64,000 nucleotides of DNA from Promethearchaeota archaeon (lineage in GTDB: Archaea > Asgardarchaeota > Lokiarchaeia > Sigyniarchaeales > SOKP01). A program made the position numbers and the translations under genes. Of this stretch, positions 18,242-29,120 are shown piece after piece (position 1 is the first letter of the stretch; each line of letters begins with the position of its first letter). The notes below the pieces were generated by a model. That model ran no database searches. It was not told the DNA's origin and saw only the letters and a program-made list of their open reading frames with translations. Location of the stretch: positions 912,785 to 976,784 of the forward strand of contig JBHLNF010000001.1 of the NCBI GenBank assembly GCA_048937405.1, in the 5' to 3' direction.

Positions 18242-20044
18242 TTGATTGAACAAAAAAAAGTAATTAGAGCACCAATAGTATGTATTTTAGGACATATAGA
18301 TCATGGTAAGACTACAATATTAGATTATATCAGAGGGACAGTTGTCCAGCAACGAGAAGCTGCAGGAATTACTCAACATATTGGTGCATCTTATTTTCCA
18401 ACAGAAGATATCAAAGAATTTCTAAGAAAATCTAAACAAGAATTTGCTGATAAAGAAATTAAACTTCCAGGAATATTGGTTGTTGATACACCTGGACATG
18501 CTGCATTTCTAAATCTCCGAAGACGAGGTGGTGCTGTTGCTGATATAGCGATTCTTGTTATAGATATAACTGCGGGTACTATGCCAATTACTTGGGAATC
18601 TGTACGGATTTTAAGAGAAAGAAAAACACCTTTTGTTATTGCTGCCAATAAAATAGATAGATTATCTGGATGGAAATCAAAAAAGGATGCTGATTTTCTC
18701 GATTCCTATAATTCTCAAAAACCACACGTAAAAGATTTCTTAGATGAGAAAATTCTAGGTATTGTTGGTAATTTCTTAGAGGAGGGATTTAAGGGTATAG
18801 ATCGCTATGATAAAATAAAAGATTTTACAAAGAAAATAGCGATTGTACCAACAAGTGGTAAAACTGGAGAGGGTATCTCAACACTTTTAATGATTTTAAT
18901 GGGATTGGTTCAACAATATCTAACAATAAATCTTCAATTTTCAGAAGGATCAGCTAAAGGCGTAGTATTAGAAGTTAAAAAAGAGAAAGGTCAAGGAAAA
19001 ACAATGGATGTTCTTATTTATGATGGTATTATTAATAAAGGAGATGAATTTATTGTTGGAGGATTAGAAAAACCGATTAAATCTAAAGTAAGAGCTTTAT
19101 TAACTCCAAAACCTCTGGATGAAATTCGGGATCCAAGACAAAAATTTGATTCTGTTGATTTTATTAGTGCAGCAGCCGGTATTAAAATCCTCTCTCCAAA
19201 TATAGATGACGTCGTGGCAGGTTCCCCATTTAGAGGTATTAAAGATCCTTCTGAAGAAGAAACTATATATAAAGAAATTGAATCAGAAGTTGAAAGTATT
19301 AGGATAAAAACTGATAAAGCAGGGGTAGTTTTAAAAGCAGATACTTTAGGTTCATTAGAGGCATTGGAAAATCATTTTACAAAAAATGGAGTGAAAATAA
19401 GTATTGCGGACGTAGGACCAATTAAAAAAGAAGATGTTATAAATGCAAATATAGTTAAACAATTAGATCCTTATTCTGCTACAGTCTTAGGATTTAATGT
19501 ACAAATATTACCTGAAGCTAATGAACAATCTATTAAAGATAATATTCGAATTTTTACAAATAATGTTATTTATCGTTTATTAGAAGAATACATCGAGTAT
19601 GCAGAGATAAGAAAAGCAAAAGATACTGCTAAAGGTTTAAGTGAGCTTGTATTACCTGCTAAAATTAAAATGTTTCCTGAATTCATATTTCGAAATTCAG
19701 ATCCTGCGGTTTTTGGGGTATCTGTTGAAGCTGGGACTTTATATCCAAAAGTACAATTAATTACTGATAAAGGTAAACGTGTTAGAAGGATTCATCAAAT
19801 TCAAGATAAAGGACAAACACTCGAAAAAGCTCCTAAGGATTCAGAAGTGGCTATTTCTATTCGAGGTATTGAAATAGGTCGAGATCTTGAAAAAGATGAA
19901 ACTTTATATGTTTACATCCCAGAATCTCATGTTCGGCAACTTATGGGAAAATTTATTGATGAATTAACTACAGATCAAAAACAAGCTTTGAGAGAATTTG
20001 TCATTTTAATGCGTAAGGTAAATCACCCATGGTGGGGGATGTAA
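18242..20044 (+). CDS. infB: Translation initiation factor aIF5B/IF-2
   Basis: [55 protein letters not shown]; TTG start. Confidence 0.98.
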   Translation: MIEQKKVIRAPIVCILGHIDHGKTTILDYIRGTVVQQREAAGITQHIGASYFPTEDIKEFLRKSKQEFADKEIKLPGILVVDTPGHAAFLNLRRRGGAVADIAILVIDITAGTMPITWESVRILRERKTPFVIAANKIDRLSGWKSKKDADFLDSYNSQKPHVKDFLDEKILGIVGNFLEEGFKGIDRYDKIKDFTKKIAIVPTSGKTGEGISTLLMILMGLVQQYLTINLQFSEGSAKGVVLEVKKEKGQGKTMDVLIYDGIINKGDEFIVGGLEKPIKSKVRALLTPKPLDEIRDPRQKFDSVDFISAAAGIKILSPNIDDVVAGSPFRGIKDPSEEETIYKEIESEVESIRIKTDKAGVVLKADTLGSLEALENHFTKNGVKISIADVGPIKKEDVINANIVKQLDPYSATVLGFNVQILPEANEQSIKDNIRIFTNNVIYRLLEEYIEYAEIRKAKDTAKGLSELVLPAKIKMFPEFIFRNSDPAVFGVSVEAGTLYPKVQLITDKGKRVRRIHQIQDKGQTLEKAPKDSEVAISIRGIEIGRDLEKDETLYVYIPESHVRQLMGKFIDELTTDQKQALREFVILMRKVNHPWWGM

Positions 20045-20052
20045 TTAATTAA

Positions 20053-21510
20053 ATGCCCTCTATTAATGAGATTTTTAATGAAATTCTCATTGAAATAATT
20101 CCTACACGAAAAGAAATAGTTTTTATAGAGAATGTTATAAAAAAATTATATAATTTATTGTCTAAGAAAGCAGAAGAATTAAATATACATTATACAAAAA
20201 TAGAACCACAGGGTTCAACTGGTATCAAGCAAACACAATTAAAAAATGATTTTGACATTGATCTTTTTATAGGTTTAGATTATGACCAATTTAAACCTAA
20301 ATATCAAGGATTAAGTAAAAGTAAACTTAAAAAAGATTCTAAAAAAGATTTTTTAGCATTATGTAATAATTGGATTCTTCCAAGCTTAACTTTAAATGAA
20401 TTTAAGAAGCCACGCTTATTATATGCTGAACATCCATATGTTACAGTTGATTACCTTTTAGATGATATAAAAGTAAAAATTGATATAGTTTTATATTTTG
20501 ATTTAGATTTAGATTTTATTAAAAGGAATGGACCTATTACTGCTGTCGATAGATCACCCTGGCATGGCTGTTTTGTAAGAGATGAATTAACTTATGAACA
20601 AAAAAATGATGTTAGACTTTTAAAGCAATTCTTTAAATCCTGCTATAGTTATGGTGATAAAAGCGCAATAGGAAAAGTTGGTTTTATTGGTTATAGTGCT
20701 GAATTATTAATTTATTATTTTAATAATATAATAAATCTTTTCAGAAATTTTCATAAGTTAGATAAGTTAGTACTTGATTTCTATAAGAGAAATGAAGAAG
20801 AATTAAATAAAATTATCCATTTTCAGAAAGATTATCTTATCATTATAGACCCAATTGACAAAAATCGAAATGTTGCTTCAGCAATTTCCAAAAGAGCTTA
20901 TAAATATTGTAATCAAAAAGTAAGTGAATTCCTGAAAAATCCAAGTTCAGACTTTTTTAAGATTAAACCAATTACAGAAGTAGATTTATCAAATAAAGAT
21001 GATTCCCTCTTATCAAAAATTTATATTATCGAATTACAGAATACTAACTTTAAAGTCCATTATACTATTAATAGAGATAAGTTATATTCCTTAGGAGACA
21101 CTATAAAAGCTAATGGAGAACAAGAATTTTCTCACGTTGAACGTTTTGGTAAAATTATATTTGAAGTCTATTTCGAAGATGAGAAGGATGAATATAATAT
21201 AGCTATTTTTTGTGATAATCCTAATATTTCTGAATTTTATATTAGAAAAGGACCTCCAATTACAGAAGAAAGGCATGTTATCAATTTTAAAAAAAAAAAT
21301 CTGAATTATTTTGAGAAGGAGGGTTATTTATGGGTAAAAACTAAAAGAGATTTCAGTGATTTCTCTGAATTTTTAAAAGAAATTATTACTAATAAAATTC
21401 CTGATAATTTAAAAATTGTAAATTTATCATCTGCTTTTAATACTATAACTTCTTCAGGAAAGAAAGCAATAAACATCTTGAAAAAAATAGTTTTACCTTT
21501 CTATATTTAA
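20053..21510 (+). CDS. cca: Archaeal (class I) CCA-adding tRNA nucleotidyltransferase
   Basis: GSTG..T.L....DIDLF, YAEHPYV, TAVDRSPWH, VRLLKQF, GFIGYSAELL, IDPIDKNRNVASA. Confidence 0.93.
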   Translation: MPSINEIFNEILIEIIPTRKEIVFIENVIKKLYNLLSKKAEELNIHYTKIEPQGSTGIKQTQLKNDFDIDLFIGLDYDQFKPKYQGLSKSKLKKDSKKDFLALCNNWILPSLTLNEFKKPRLLYAEHPYVTVDYLLDDIKVKIDIVLYFDLDLDFIKRNGPITAVDRSPWHGCFVRDELTYEQKNDVRLLKQFFKSCYSYGDKSAIGKVGFIGYSAELLIYYFNNIINLFRNFHKLDKLVLDFYKRNEEELNKIIHFQKDYLIIIDPIDKNRNVASAISKRAYKYCNQKVSEFLKNPSSDFFKIKPITEVDLSNKDDSLLSKIYIIELQNTNFKVHYTINRDKLYSLGDTIKANGEQEFSHVERFGKIIFEVYFEDEKDEYNIAIFCDNPNISEFYIRKGPPITEERHVINFKKKNLNYFEKEGYLWVKTKRDFSDFSEFLKEIITNKIPDNLKIVNLSSAFNTITSSGKKAINILKKIVLPFYI

Positions 21511-21539
21511 TCTTGAAAAGGTCAATTTATATCAATTTT

Positions 21540-22490
21540 TTATTTTTTGATTTTTAATTTAAATTTCTGAAGGGTCATCATTAAAGCAATTCCAATTAGT
21601 GTAAATAACAAGAAATACTTCCCAAAGGAAATTGTATCATCTTTAAAACCCATCATGATATCATAACTTAAGGAAATATAATCTTCATAAATTCTTACAT
21701 TGTTCCATTCCCATAAATAACTTTTTCCACCTTTGATATTTGAAATTGTACAGTTTTTACCATAAGCACCATCTGATCCACTGCGCCAACAATTGAAATG
21801 ATCAGGTTGATATCCTTTAACTCTAAATTCAACAGATTCTGTTATATTCCCAAACCATGTCCGAGCTGTACCCACTTGATATATAAATTCTATCGCATAA
21901 TAAGAAGATCCTAATATTGGTGGAGTTGCTATATGAGTATTAAAATTGTATTCCAACACTAAATTACTATTCTCTGGAAGTGTAATGTTGCATAAAAAAC
22001 AAAACATAAAATTATAAGAATCTTCTCGATAACTTTTAGGAAAATAACAAATCTCATATGGAATAATAGTATTGTTAATTTTGATGGTAGAATTAAAAAT
22101 CAAACTAGGTATTTCTAGAGGTGTAATTTCATAATAAGATCCACCTGCTTCATCCATAAGATCATCTAAAGTATGATAATCTATTCCCAGCATGTTTATG
22201 GGAAATGGGGCTAAAATAGTCACATTCTTGTTATTGTTAGGATTAAATATTGTATAATTACCCTTGAAATGCAGATTAATATAACTATTGGGCTTAATAG
22301 CATCAATTTCAACTAAAACGTTTGCATATGGCATTGAATATGTATTATTATCTGTCATTAAAATACCTCCATATCCAGTTATATAAGGTGAATATGGATT
22401 TGCAAGGCATTCTTTAGTATATTGGGTATTACAGCATATAATAAGAAATGATACTATCAATAAACAACTGCGTATTTTGCTTGATTTCAT
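21540..22490 (-). CDS. Secreted, C-terminally anchored hypothetical protein
   Basis: N-terminal signal-like helix; C-terminal ISFG + hydrophobic helix + Lys-rich tail resembling a sorting signal. Confidence 0.6.
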   Translation of the reverse strand: MKSSKIRSCLLIVSFLIICCNTQYTKECLANPYSPYITGYGGILMTDNNTYSMPYANVLVEIDAIKPNSYINLHFKGNYTIFNPNNNKNVTILAPFPINMLGIDYHTLDDLMDEAGGSYYEITPLEIPSLIFNSTIKINNTIIPYEICYFPKSYREDSYNFMFCFLCNITLPENSNLVLEYNFNTHIATPPILGSSYYAIEFIYQVGTARTWFGNITESVEFRVKGYQPDHFNCWRSGSDGAYGKNCTISNIKGGKSYLWEWNNVRIYEDYISLSYDIMMGFKDDTISFGKYFLLFTLIGIALMMTLQKFKLKIKK

Positions 22491-22621
22491 CTCTTCAATA
22501 AATACTATGTATTATTTTTATTTAAGTCTTTTTGCGAACTTTTTTGACTAAAAGAAGCTTTCTATTATATTCTTTGCTTTTTTTAAAAAATAATAATATT
22601 TTATTTTTCTAAATCTTAAAT

Positions 22622-23929
22622 TTAATGAGCTTCAGGAATTATAACAATAATAGTGGTACCCTGTGTATGATCTCCCTTAATCTTATCTTCAACCCATATT
22701 TTACCAGAAAAGCTTTTTATTACCTCATTTACAAGCAATAATCCTAATCCAATTCTCTTGAAACCTTTTGGTTTCTCATAAATTGGTTGAAAAAGAGTTT
22801 TTTTCATAGAATCTGGTATTCCTACACCATTATCGATGAATTCTATTTTAATGTCTGAACTAATCTCTTTTTTGTTTTTAGAAATTTTAATCAAAATCTC
22901 TTTTGTAGAATTATCATTATATCTTACTGCGTTATTTAATATGATTCGAAATGCATTTACTAATAAAGTATTAGCATTGACAAAAATATCCTCTCTCTCA
23001 CCAACCAATTCAATCTTAATTTGTTCTTCATAAAATCTTTCTTTTATCTCATTAATTATTTTGTCTAAAATTTCATACAGATTTGTCGGTACGATTTGAA
23101 TTTCTCCTTTCTCTATATCAGAGAGGATTTTAACGTTTTGACCCAATTCTGCACCTCGTTTTACTTGACTAACTGCAATATTTATCAACTCATCTAAATC
23201 TCCCTTTTTATCATAACCTTCTAAATTATGAGAAATTATTTCCAGTGAAAATTGTAAATTTTGCAATATATTGTTTATGTCATGGACAAATAGATCTTTG
23301 TAAAATTCCGCTCTATTATAGGATACTCGATATTTAGTTTCTGATTTAAGAATTAAATCTTCAATAAGAGCGATAACTCCAGTTATAAGCATCATTGTAG
23401 CCATCATAACTCTAGAGAACTCTAAGAATTCTTCCCCTCCAGGAAATCCTAGATCTCTTAAAATACTTGCAATTAATTGTAGAAAACCTGTTATTAAAAT
23501 AAAACTCATAAATGCATACAAAGGTGTTCTTTTTTTAAAATATATTTCTGCGCTCAGGAACAATGCTATAATTAAAAAAAGAGCAATTAATAATTGAAGT
23601 AATAGACTGGTAAAAATTTGAATATTTACAAATAATATTAGATTAAATGATATTATTTTTGATCTTACTGAAAAGGTGTGGTAATATTCCTTAGCTACAG
23701 CAATTACGAATATTAAAACAGTCAAAGCCGAAAACGTGATAGAAATCAATTCTAAAAAATCATAAAGTTCTTGAGACATTAATCTAAAGACTTCTGATAT
23801 AGAAGCAGCAATATAAGCTAAAAGCCATGAAAATAAATCTCTCCTTGTAATGCATACTTTAGCAAGAATAAAAGTAGCGAGAATTATAACGATTGATGTT
23901 GATAAATGGATAATAAAATAATCGCTCAA
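22622..23929 (-). CDS. Membrane-bound sensor histidine kinase
   Basis: About 6 TM helices, H-box HDINNILQ, N-box ILNNAVRY, DNGVGI, GLGL; no response regulator adjacent. Confidence 0.9.
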   Translation of the reverse strand: MSDYFIIHLSTSIVIILATFILAKVCITRRDLFSWLLAYIAASISEVFRLMSQELYDFLELISITFSALTVLIFVIAVAKEYYHTFSVRSKIISFNLILFVNIQIFTSLLLQLLIALFLIIALFLSAEIYFKKRTPLYAFMSFILITGFLQLIASILRDLGFPGGEEFLEFSRVMMATMMLITGVIALIEDLILKSETKYRVSYNRAEFYKDLFVHDINNILQNLQFSLEIISHNLEGYDKKGDLDELINIAVSQVKRGAELGQNVKILSDIEKGEIQIVPTNLYEILDKIINEIKERFYEEQIKIELVGEREDIFVNANTLLVNAFRIILNNAVRYNDNSTKEILIKISKNKKEISSDIKIEFIDNGVGIPDSMKKTLFQPIYEKPKGFKRIGLGLLLVNEVIKSFSGKIWVEDKIKGDHTQGTTIIVIIPEAH

Positions 23930-24198
23930 CTAAAAAACCAATTCCTATATCAAATTTAGTTGTTAAGATCTTAATGGATTTAGATATTATAAATGTGTAT
24001 CTATCATAAAAGGTAATTTATAATAAATATTTTTTATAAAAACTCTATCTTTTGTATTCATTTTATATTATTAGTGAAAATAAAATGAGTATAATTTTAC
24101 TCGTTTTAATAGTCTATCCATCAATTGTTTTAAATTAAAGTTGAAGAGTCTAAAAAAAGTCTAAAGGTCCATATGCACTCCTAATACAAAAACTATTT

Positions 24199-24909
24199 AT
24201 GGATTTCTATTATATAGTTCAAATAATGATGTTATCATTACACACGGGATATAAAGAATTAGATTATCTCTTAGATGGAGGAATTCATCCAGGTAGAATT
24301 ACAGAGTTTTATGGTCATACCTGTACAGGAAAAACTCAAATTATTCATCAAATAATTGTGAATTCTTATCTTCCAGAAAATAAAGATGGTTTAAACGGAG
24401 GAATACTTCATATTGATACTAATGGAGATTTCTCTCCTGAAAGAATTATTCAGTTATGTGAATCCAAAGGATTAGATCATGAATCAATCTTCAATGATAT
24501 TCTATTAATTAGACTCATCAATGAAGCGCGTTTATTAGATATGTTTAATATTATAGAAGAAATTGTTCAAAACCAGCAAGTTAAATTGATTACTATTGAT
24601 TCTTTAACTTGGCCTTTAATCAAAATGATTGATGAAAAACAGATTAATGAATCTAGTCTTGAAAAACTATATGACTACCTTATTCACCTTATTGAAAAAT
24701 TCCCTTCTCTTTCAATTGTTTATACAAGTAATTATGTAAAAAAAAACCATTTAACTAGTTATATGACTCATGCTAATATTACTCGCGTAAAATTACAAAA
24801 TGTTAAGGGAAAGCATAAAAGAGCAGAATTAATACAACCTAGTGTAAATTCTAAACAAATAGATTTTAACATAACCAAAGATGGACTTTCTGATCATGGG
24901 ATCGATTAA
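24199..24909 (+). CDS. RadA/Rad51 paralogue (RadB/aRadC-like, no N-terminal HhH domain)
   Basis: TGYKELDYLLDGGI..GRITEFYG, Walker A GHTCTGKT, IDT..FSPERI, Walker B LITIDS. Confidence 0.85.
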   Translation: MDFYYIVQIMMLSLHTGYKELDYLLDGGIHPGRITEFYGHTCTGKTQIIHQIIVNSYLPENKDGLNGGILHIDTNGDFSPERIIQLCESKGLDHESIFNDILLIRLINEARLLDMFNIIEEIVQNQQVKLITIDSLTWPLIKMIDEKQINESSLEKLYDYLIHLIEKFPSLSIVYTSNYVKKNHLTSYMTHANITRVKLQNVKGKHKRAELIQPSVNSKQIDFNITKDGLSDHGID

Positions 24910-25156
24910 TAAGATGATTCAGTAAAGATATAAATAAATTAACTTTTAATCAACCATAACTACATTTTTTAGAGATAATTTGAAAGGCAGTATATTAGAA
25001 TTAGTTCAATTTTTATAAATAAAATAGTATAATAAAAGCATTATTCCAACTTTATTGATTATTTTTCATTAACTCATAAAATTTTTATGATTTCCCGAAT
25101 TCCTTTCTTTAATTATATCATGATGATATTAAGAATTTATAGTAAGTGAATTATTA

Positions 25157-27409
25157 ATGGTTAAAGTTAAGAACCCAGAAGAAATTGCTAAACTGGTTAC
25201 ATCTGGTTCATATGAAAAAAAAAGGATTTTTAGCATTACTGCTCATATTGATCACGGTAAGACTACAGCTACAGACTACTTATTGCGTAGAGCTGGACTT
25301 ATGCGACCTGAAGACGCAGGTCAACTTCAAATGACAGACTCGGATGATGAAGAGCAAGAAAGAGGAATTACAATTTTTACATCTGTAGTACTGCTTGCAT
25401 TCAATGATCCAAGAAAACCTGATGATGATGAACCTTATATTATTCAACTTAATGATACCCCAGGTCATATTAGTTTTACTGGAGAAGTATCTCGAGCTCT
25501 TAGAGGTTCAGATGGTGCAATCGTGTTAGTAGATGCTCTGGAAGGAGTAATGACACAAACAGAAACTAACATTCGATTATCTGTAGGTGAAGAATTCTGT
25601 AAACCGGTTCTTTTTATTAATAAAGTTGATAGATTGATAAGTGAATTAAAATTAAGTCCTCAAGAAACTTTTGCGAAAATTGATAAAATTACCCGAGAAG
25701 TAAATGATTTAATTAAAAAAGTTAGACCTGAAGGGTCGGATTGGAGTATAGATTTTGCCAAAAATTCTGTTGCTGTTGGTTCAGCTAAACATGGATGGGG
25801 ATTTACTTATGAAATTTTACTTGAAAAGGGTTTAAAACCTCAAGATGTCTTTGCAAAATATAATGAAGGAGACATCCAATGGTTAAGAGATAATTTACCA
25901 TTAGATGAGCCCATGTTACGGATGATTGTAGATCATCTTCCGGATCCAATATCTGCTTCTAAATACAGAATTCCTCATATTTGGGGTCATGATTTAAATT
26001 CAGAACTTGGACAGGCACTTCAAAAAAGTGATCCAAATGGACCCTTGTATGGTATGATTACAAAAATTTTTCTTGATCCTAAGAGAAATTATCAAGCGAC
26101 TCTTATAGGTCGAGTCTTTTCAGGCACATTTGATCAATCCGATACAATTTATCTTATTAACAGTGAGTCAAGTAATCGAGTAAAAAGATTAGGAGTTATG
26201 GAGATAACAGATATTCTAGATATTCCTAAAATACCCGCAGGTAACTTATTTGCATTATTTGGTTTTATCTGTCCTTCTGGTGAAACATTTATGTTAGCAG
26301 ATAATATACCTAAAGATAAGGAAGAAAAAAGAAGATTACCTTCATTTGAAAAAATCCATTATGCTTGTGAAGCGGTTGTCTCTAGAAGCATTAAACCAAA
26401 AGATCCGCATGAAATCGATAAATTAGATGAAGTTGTAAGTAAATGGCTAAAAGCAGATCCTACTGCTGAATATAGAAGAGATGAAGAATCAGGAGAATTC
26501 ATATTATCTGGAATTGATCCATTACAGATTGAAATTTTAGTAAAAAGGATAAATAATCAGGTCAACATTAATATTGGAGAACCAATAATCGTATATCGAG
26601 AAAAAATCACTCAAAAGAGTCCAGAATATTATACTAAGTCGGCAAACACACACAACCGTATTTTATTATACATAGAACCTCTAGATGAAACATCAGAACA
26701 CCTAATTGAAACTGGAAAAGTCAATGACTTACAAAATGAAAAAGATCGAGCCCAAATACTTAGAGAAGAAGCTGGATGGGACGCAAAAGAGGCAAGACGT
26801 ATTGTTGATGTATATCAAGGAAGCGTTCTTGTAAATGGTACCACAGGATTACAGAGATTTGATCGAGTAAAATCATATTTGAGTGCGGCATTTAGAGATT
26901 GGTTAGGTAATTGTATTATCGCTAAAGAACCAGCAACAGGAGTTAAAGTAGTTTTCACAGATATGACAATTCATGAAGACCCCAGACATACACAATATGG
27001 GCAGATTGCAGGAATGTTCTTTTCAGGTGTCTCCTTAGCTATGTTAGACGCAAATCCTCATCTTTTCGAACCAATCCAGAAAATAGATATAAAATCACCT
27101 CAAGGAACGGAAGGAGGAATTAGTACAATCATAACAAAGCGACGTGGTCGAATCACCAATGTAATTCCAGAAGGAGAATACGTAAGAATCCAAGGTCAAA
27201 TCCCTGCAGCAGAGACTATCGGTATTGCTGATGACATTAGAGGCTCAACTCAAGGACGTGCATTCTTTGGCTACGAATTTTTAGGTTTTGAAAAAGTGCC
27301 TCCAAGTTTAGAAGAAAATCTTATCATGGAAATTCGTAAAAGAAAGGGAATGCCTGAAGAATTGCCATCCAGAAAAAGTTGGGAGCGATTTATATATAAA
27401 CGTACGTAA
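25157..27409 (+). CDS. Elongation factor 2 homologue, possibly the Asgard aEF-2 paralogue
   Basis: [38 protein letters not shown]; diphthamide loop reads HEDPRHTQYGQ; not next to rpsL/rpsG. Confidence 0.9.
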   Translation: MVKVKNPEEIAKLVTSGSYEKKRIFSITAHIDHGKTTATDYLLRRAGLMRPEDAGQLQMTDSDDEEQERGITIFTSVVLLAFNDPRKPDDDEPYIIQLNDTPGHISFTGEVSRALRGSDGAIVLVDALEGVMTQTETNIRLSVGEEFCKPVLFINKVDRLISELKLSPQETFAKIDKITREVNDLIKKVRPEGSDWSIDFAKNSVAVGSAKHGWGFTYEILLEKGLKPQDVFAKYNEGDIQWLRDNLPLDEPMLRMIVDHLPDPISASKYRIPHIWGHDLNSELGQALQKSDPNGPLYGMITKIFLDPKRNYQATLIGRVFSGTFDQSDTIYLINSESSNRVKRLGVMEITDILDIPKIPAGNLFALFGFICPSGETFMLADNIPKDKEEKRRLPSFEKIHYACEAVVSRSIKPKDPHEIDKLDEVVSKWLKADPTAEYRRDEESGEFILSGIDPLQIEILVKRINNQVNINIGEPIIVYREKITQKSPEYYTKSANTHNRILLYIEPLDETSEHLIETGKVNDLQNEKDRAQILREEAGWDAKEARRIVDVYQGSVLVNGTTGLQRFDRVKSYLSAAFRDWLGNCIIAKEPATGVKVVFTDMTIHEDPRHTQYGQIAGMFFSGVSLAMLDANPHLFEPIQKIDIKSPQGTEGGISTIITKRRGRITNVIPEGEYVRIQGQIPAAETIGIADDIRGSTQGRAFFGYEFLGFEKVPPSLEENLIMEIRKRKGMPEELPSRKSWERFIYKRT

Positions 27410-27457
27410 TTTTTTCTAAATTTATTTTTTTAAACTAATTCAAAATATTTAAATTTC

Positions 27458-28030
27458 TTAAGAGAAATCAGAAATCTTAGCTATCTGATATAATTTTCTA
27501 ACAAGTACCTTAAAAGCGTCGGTAACCCCTTGACCTGTTAACGCACTTGTTTTATAATACCCTAAAAATCTATTCATTTTAGCAAATTGAATCACATTTT
27601 CATCTGAAGTAGGTAAACTAGGATTTGATGCTAATGTTCCATCATCAACTAAATCTACTTTATTTCCAAATAGAACTATTGGTATATTACCACAGTGTTT
27701 TTTAAGATCGTCAAGCCATCGAGAAACATGTTCAAAAGATCGTTCTTGCTCTGGATCAAGAGAGAAGACGATTATTGCTCCTGCACTTCCAATATAGAAT
27801 CGTTGTCGTAGGGCTTGAAATTGTTCTTGTCCAGCAATATCCCAAAGAAACAATTCAACTTTCTCTCCATCTATTTCTTCTTCAAATTTTGAAAATTGTG
27901 TTCCTAAAGTAGCAATATATTCCTTTTTAAAAGATCCTTGAGTGTATTTCTTAATTAGAGATGTCTTTCCCACAGCACCATCCCCAATAATTACTACCTT
28001 GAACCCATATCCTTTTCCTTCTTCATTCAT
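27458..28030 (-). CDS. Rab-like small GTPase
   Basis: GDGAVGKT, YIATLG, WDIAGQE, GNKVD, TSA; no C-terminal Cys prenylation motif. Confidence 0.93.
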   Translation of the reverse strand: MNEEGKGYGFKVVIIGDGAVGKTSLIKKYTQGSFKKEYIATLGTQFSKFEEEIDGEKVELFLWDIAGQEQFQALRQRFYIGSAGAIIVFSLDPEQERSFEHVSRWLDDLKKHCGNIPIVLFGNKVDLVDDGTLASNPSLPTSDENVIQFAKMNRFLGYYKTSALTGQGVTDAFKVLVRKLYQIAKISDFS

Positions 28031-28213
28031 TATTCTGATTCAACAATAAAAACTATACATCCCTTGTATAGATTATAAAAGTAAGATATTTTAAATTTTT
28101 ACTAAACCTAAACTCATTAATACTTAATAATCAAATCAAATAAATGAAATTAAAAGAGTTATAATATCTCTATATTTTTAAAAGATAATATATAATTTGA
28201 TAAAATAAAGATT

Positions 28214-28768
28214 TCATATATTAGCTTGACGATATAGTCTAAATACTAATGAATGAAAACCCTCTTCAACACCTTGACCCGTTAAGGCGCTTGTTTTGAA
28301 GTATTTCCCTATATTGTAATCTTTTACAAATTTCATAACATGAACATCTGAAGTGGCATAATTAGAGCTAGTTGCTAATGCATTTTGATCAACTAAATCA
28401 GCTTTATTTCCAAATAGTATTACAGGTATATTTCCACAAGCTTCTCTTAAATCTGATCTCCATTTAGTAATATGATTATAAGTTTCAATTTCTTCGGGAG
28501 CAAGAGAAAAAACAATTATAGCGCCACTGCTTCCTTTATAAAATCTATCGCGTAGGATACCGAATGACTCTTGTCCAGCTAAATCCCATAATAATAACTC
28601 CACCATTTCTCCATCAACATCCGTTTCAAATTTTGAAAATTGCATTCCTAACGTAGAAATATAGTCTTTTTCAAATGTATTTGTTGTATATCTTTTAATT
28701 AACGATGTTTTTCCAACTGCAGCATCGCCTACTACAGTTATTTTAAAACTAAAAGCTTTTTCGCTCAT
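28214..28768 (-). CDS. Rab-like small GTPase (tandem paralogue)
   Basis: GDAAVGKT, YISTLG, WDLAGQE, GNKAD, TSA. Confidence 0.93.
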   Translation of the reverse strand: MSEKAFSFKITVVGDAAVGKTSLIKRYTTNTFEKDYISTLGMQFSKFETDVDGEMVELLLWDLAGQESFGILRDRFYKGSSGAIIVFSLAPEEIETYNHITKWRSDLREACGNIPVILFGNKADLVDQNALATSSNYATSDVHVMKFVKDYNIGKYFKTSALTGQGVEEGFHSLVFRLYRQANI

Positions 28769-29120
28769 TTTTAAGATTTAATTTAATAGTTTTTCTAGTA
28801 ATAAAAATAAGATTTTTTAAGCCTTACTAAAAACTAAATAATATATAAATATCAAAACTTCAAATATTATAAATAGTTAAACAGATAGTCTTTTCTTCAT
28901 TTTATATCTTTCTCGTAATATTTATTTATTCAATTATCCTTGATTAGAATATGAAAAAATTAAGCCTATTAAAAATATTCAAAATACCATTTAGTAAGAT
29001 TAAGGTCTAGATTGTCCCTGAAAAGTTTTAAATTGATCAAACTTAAATATTTATTAATTTATGTATTTCTAAAGAAAAAAATTAAAAATTCAATTAGTAT
29101 CATTTAGATTTTTAAAAATT

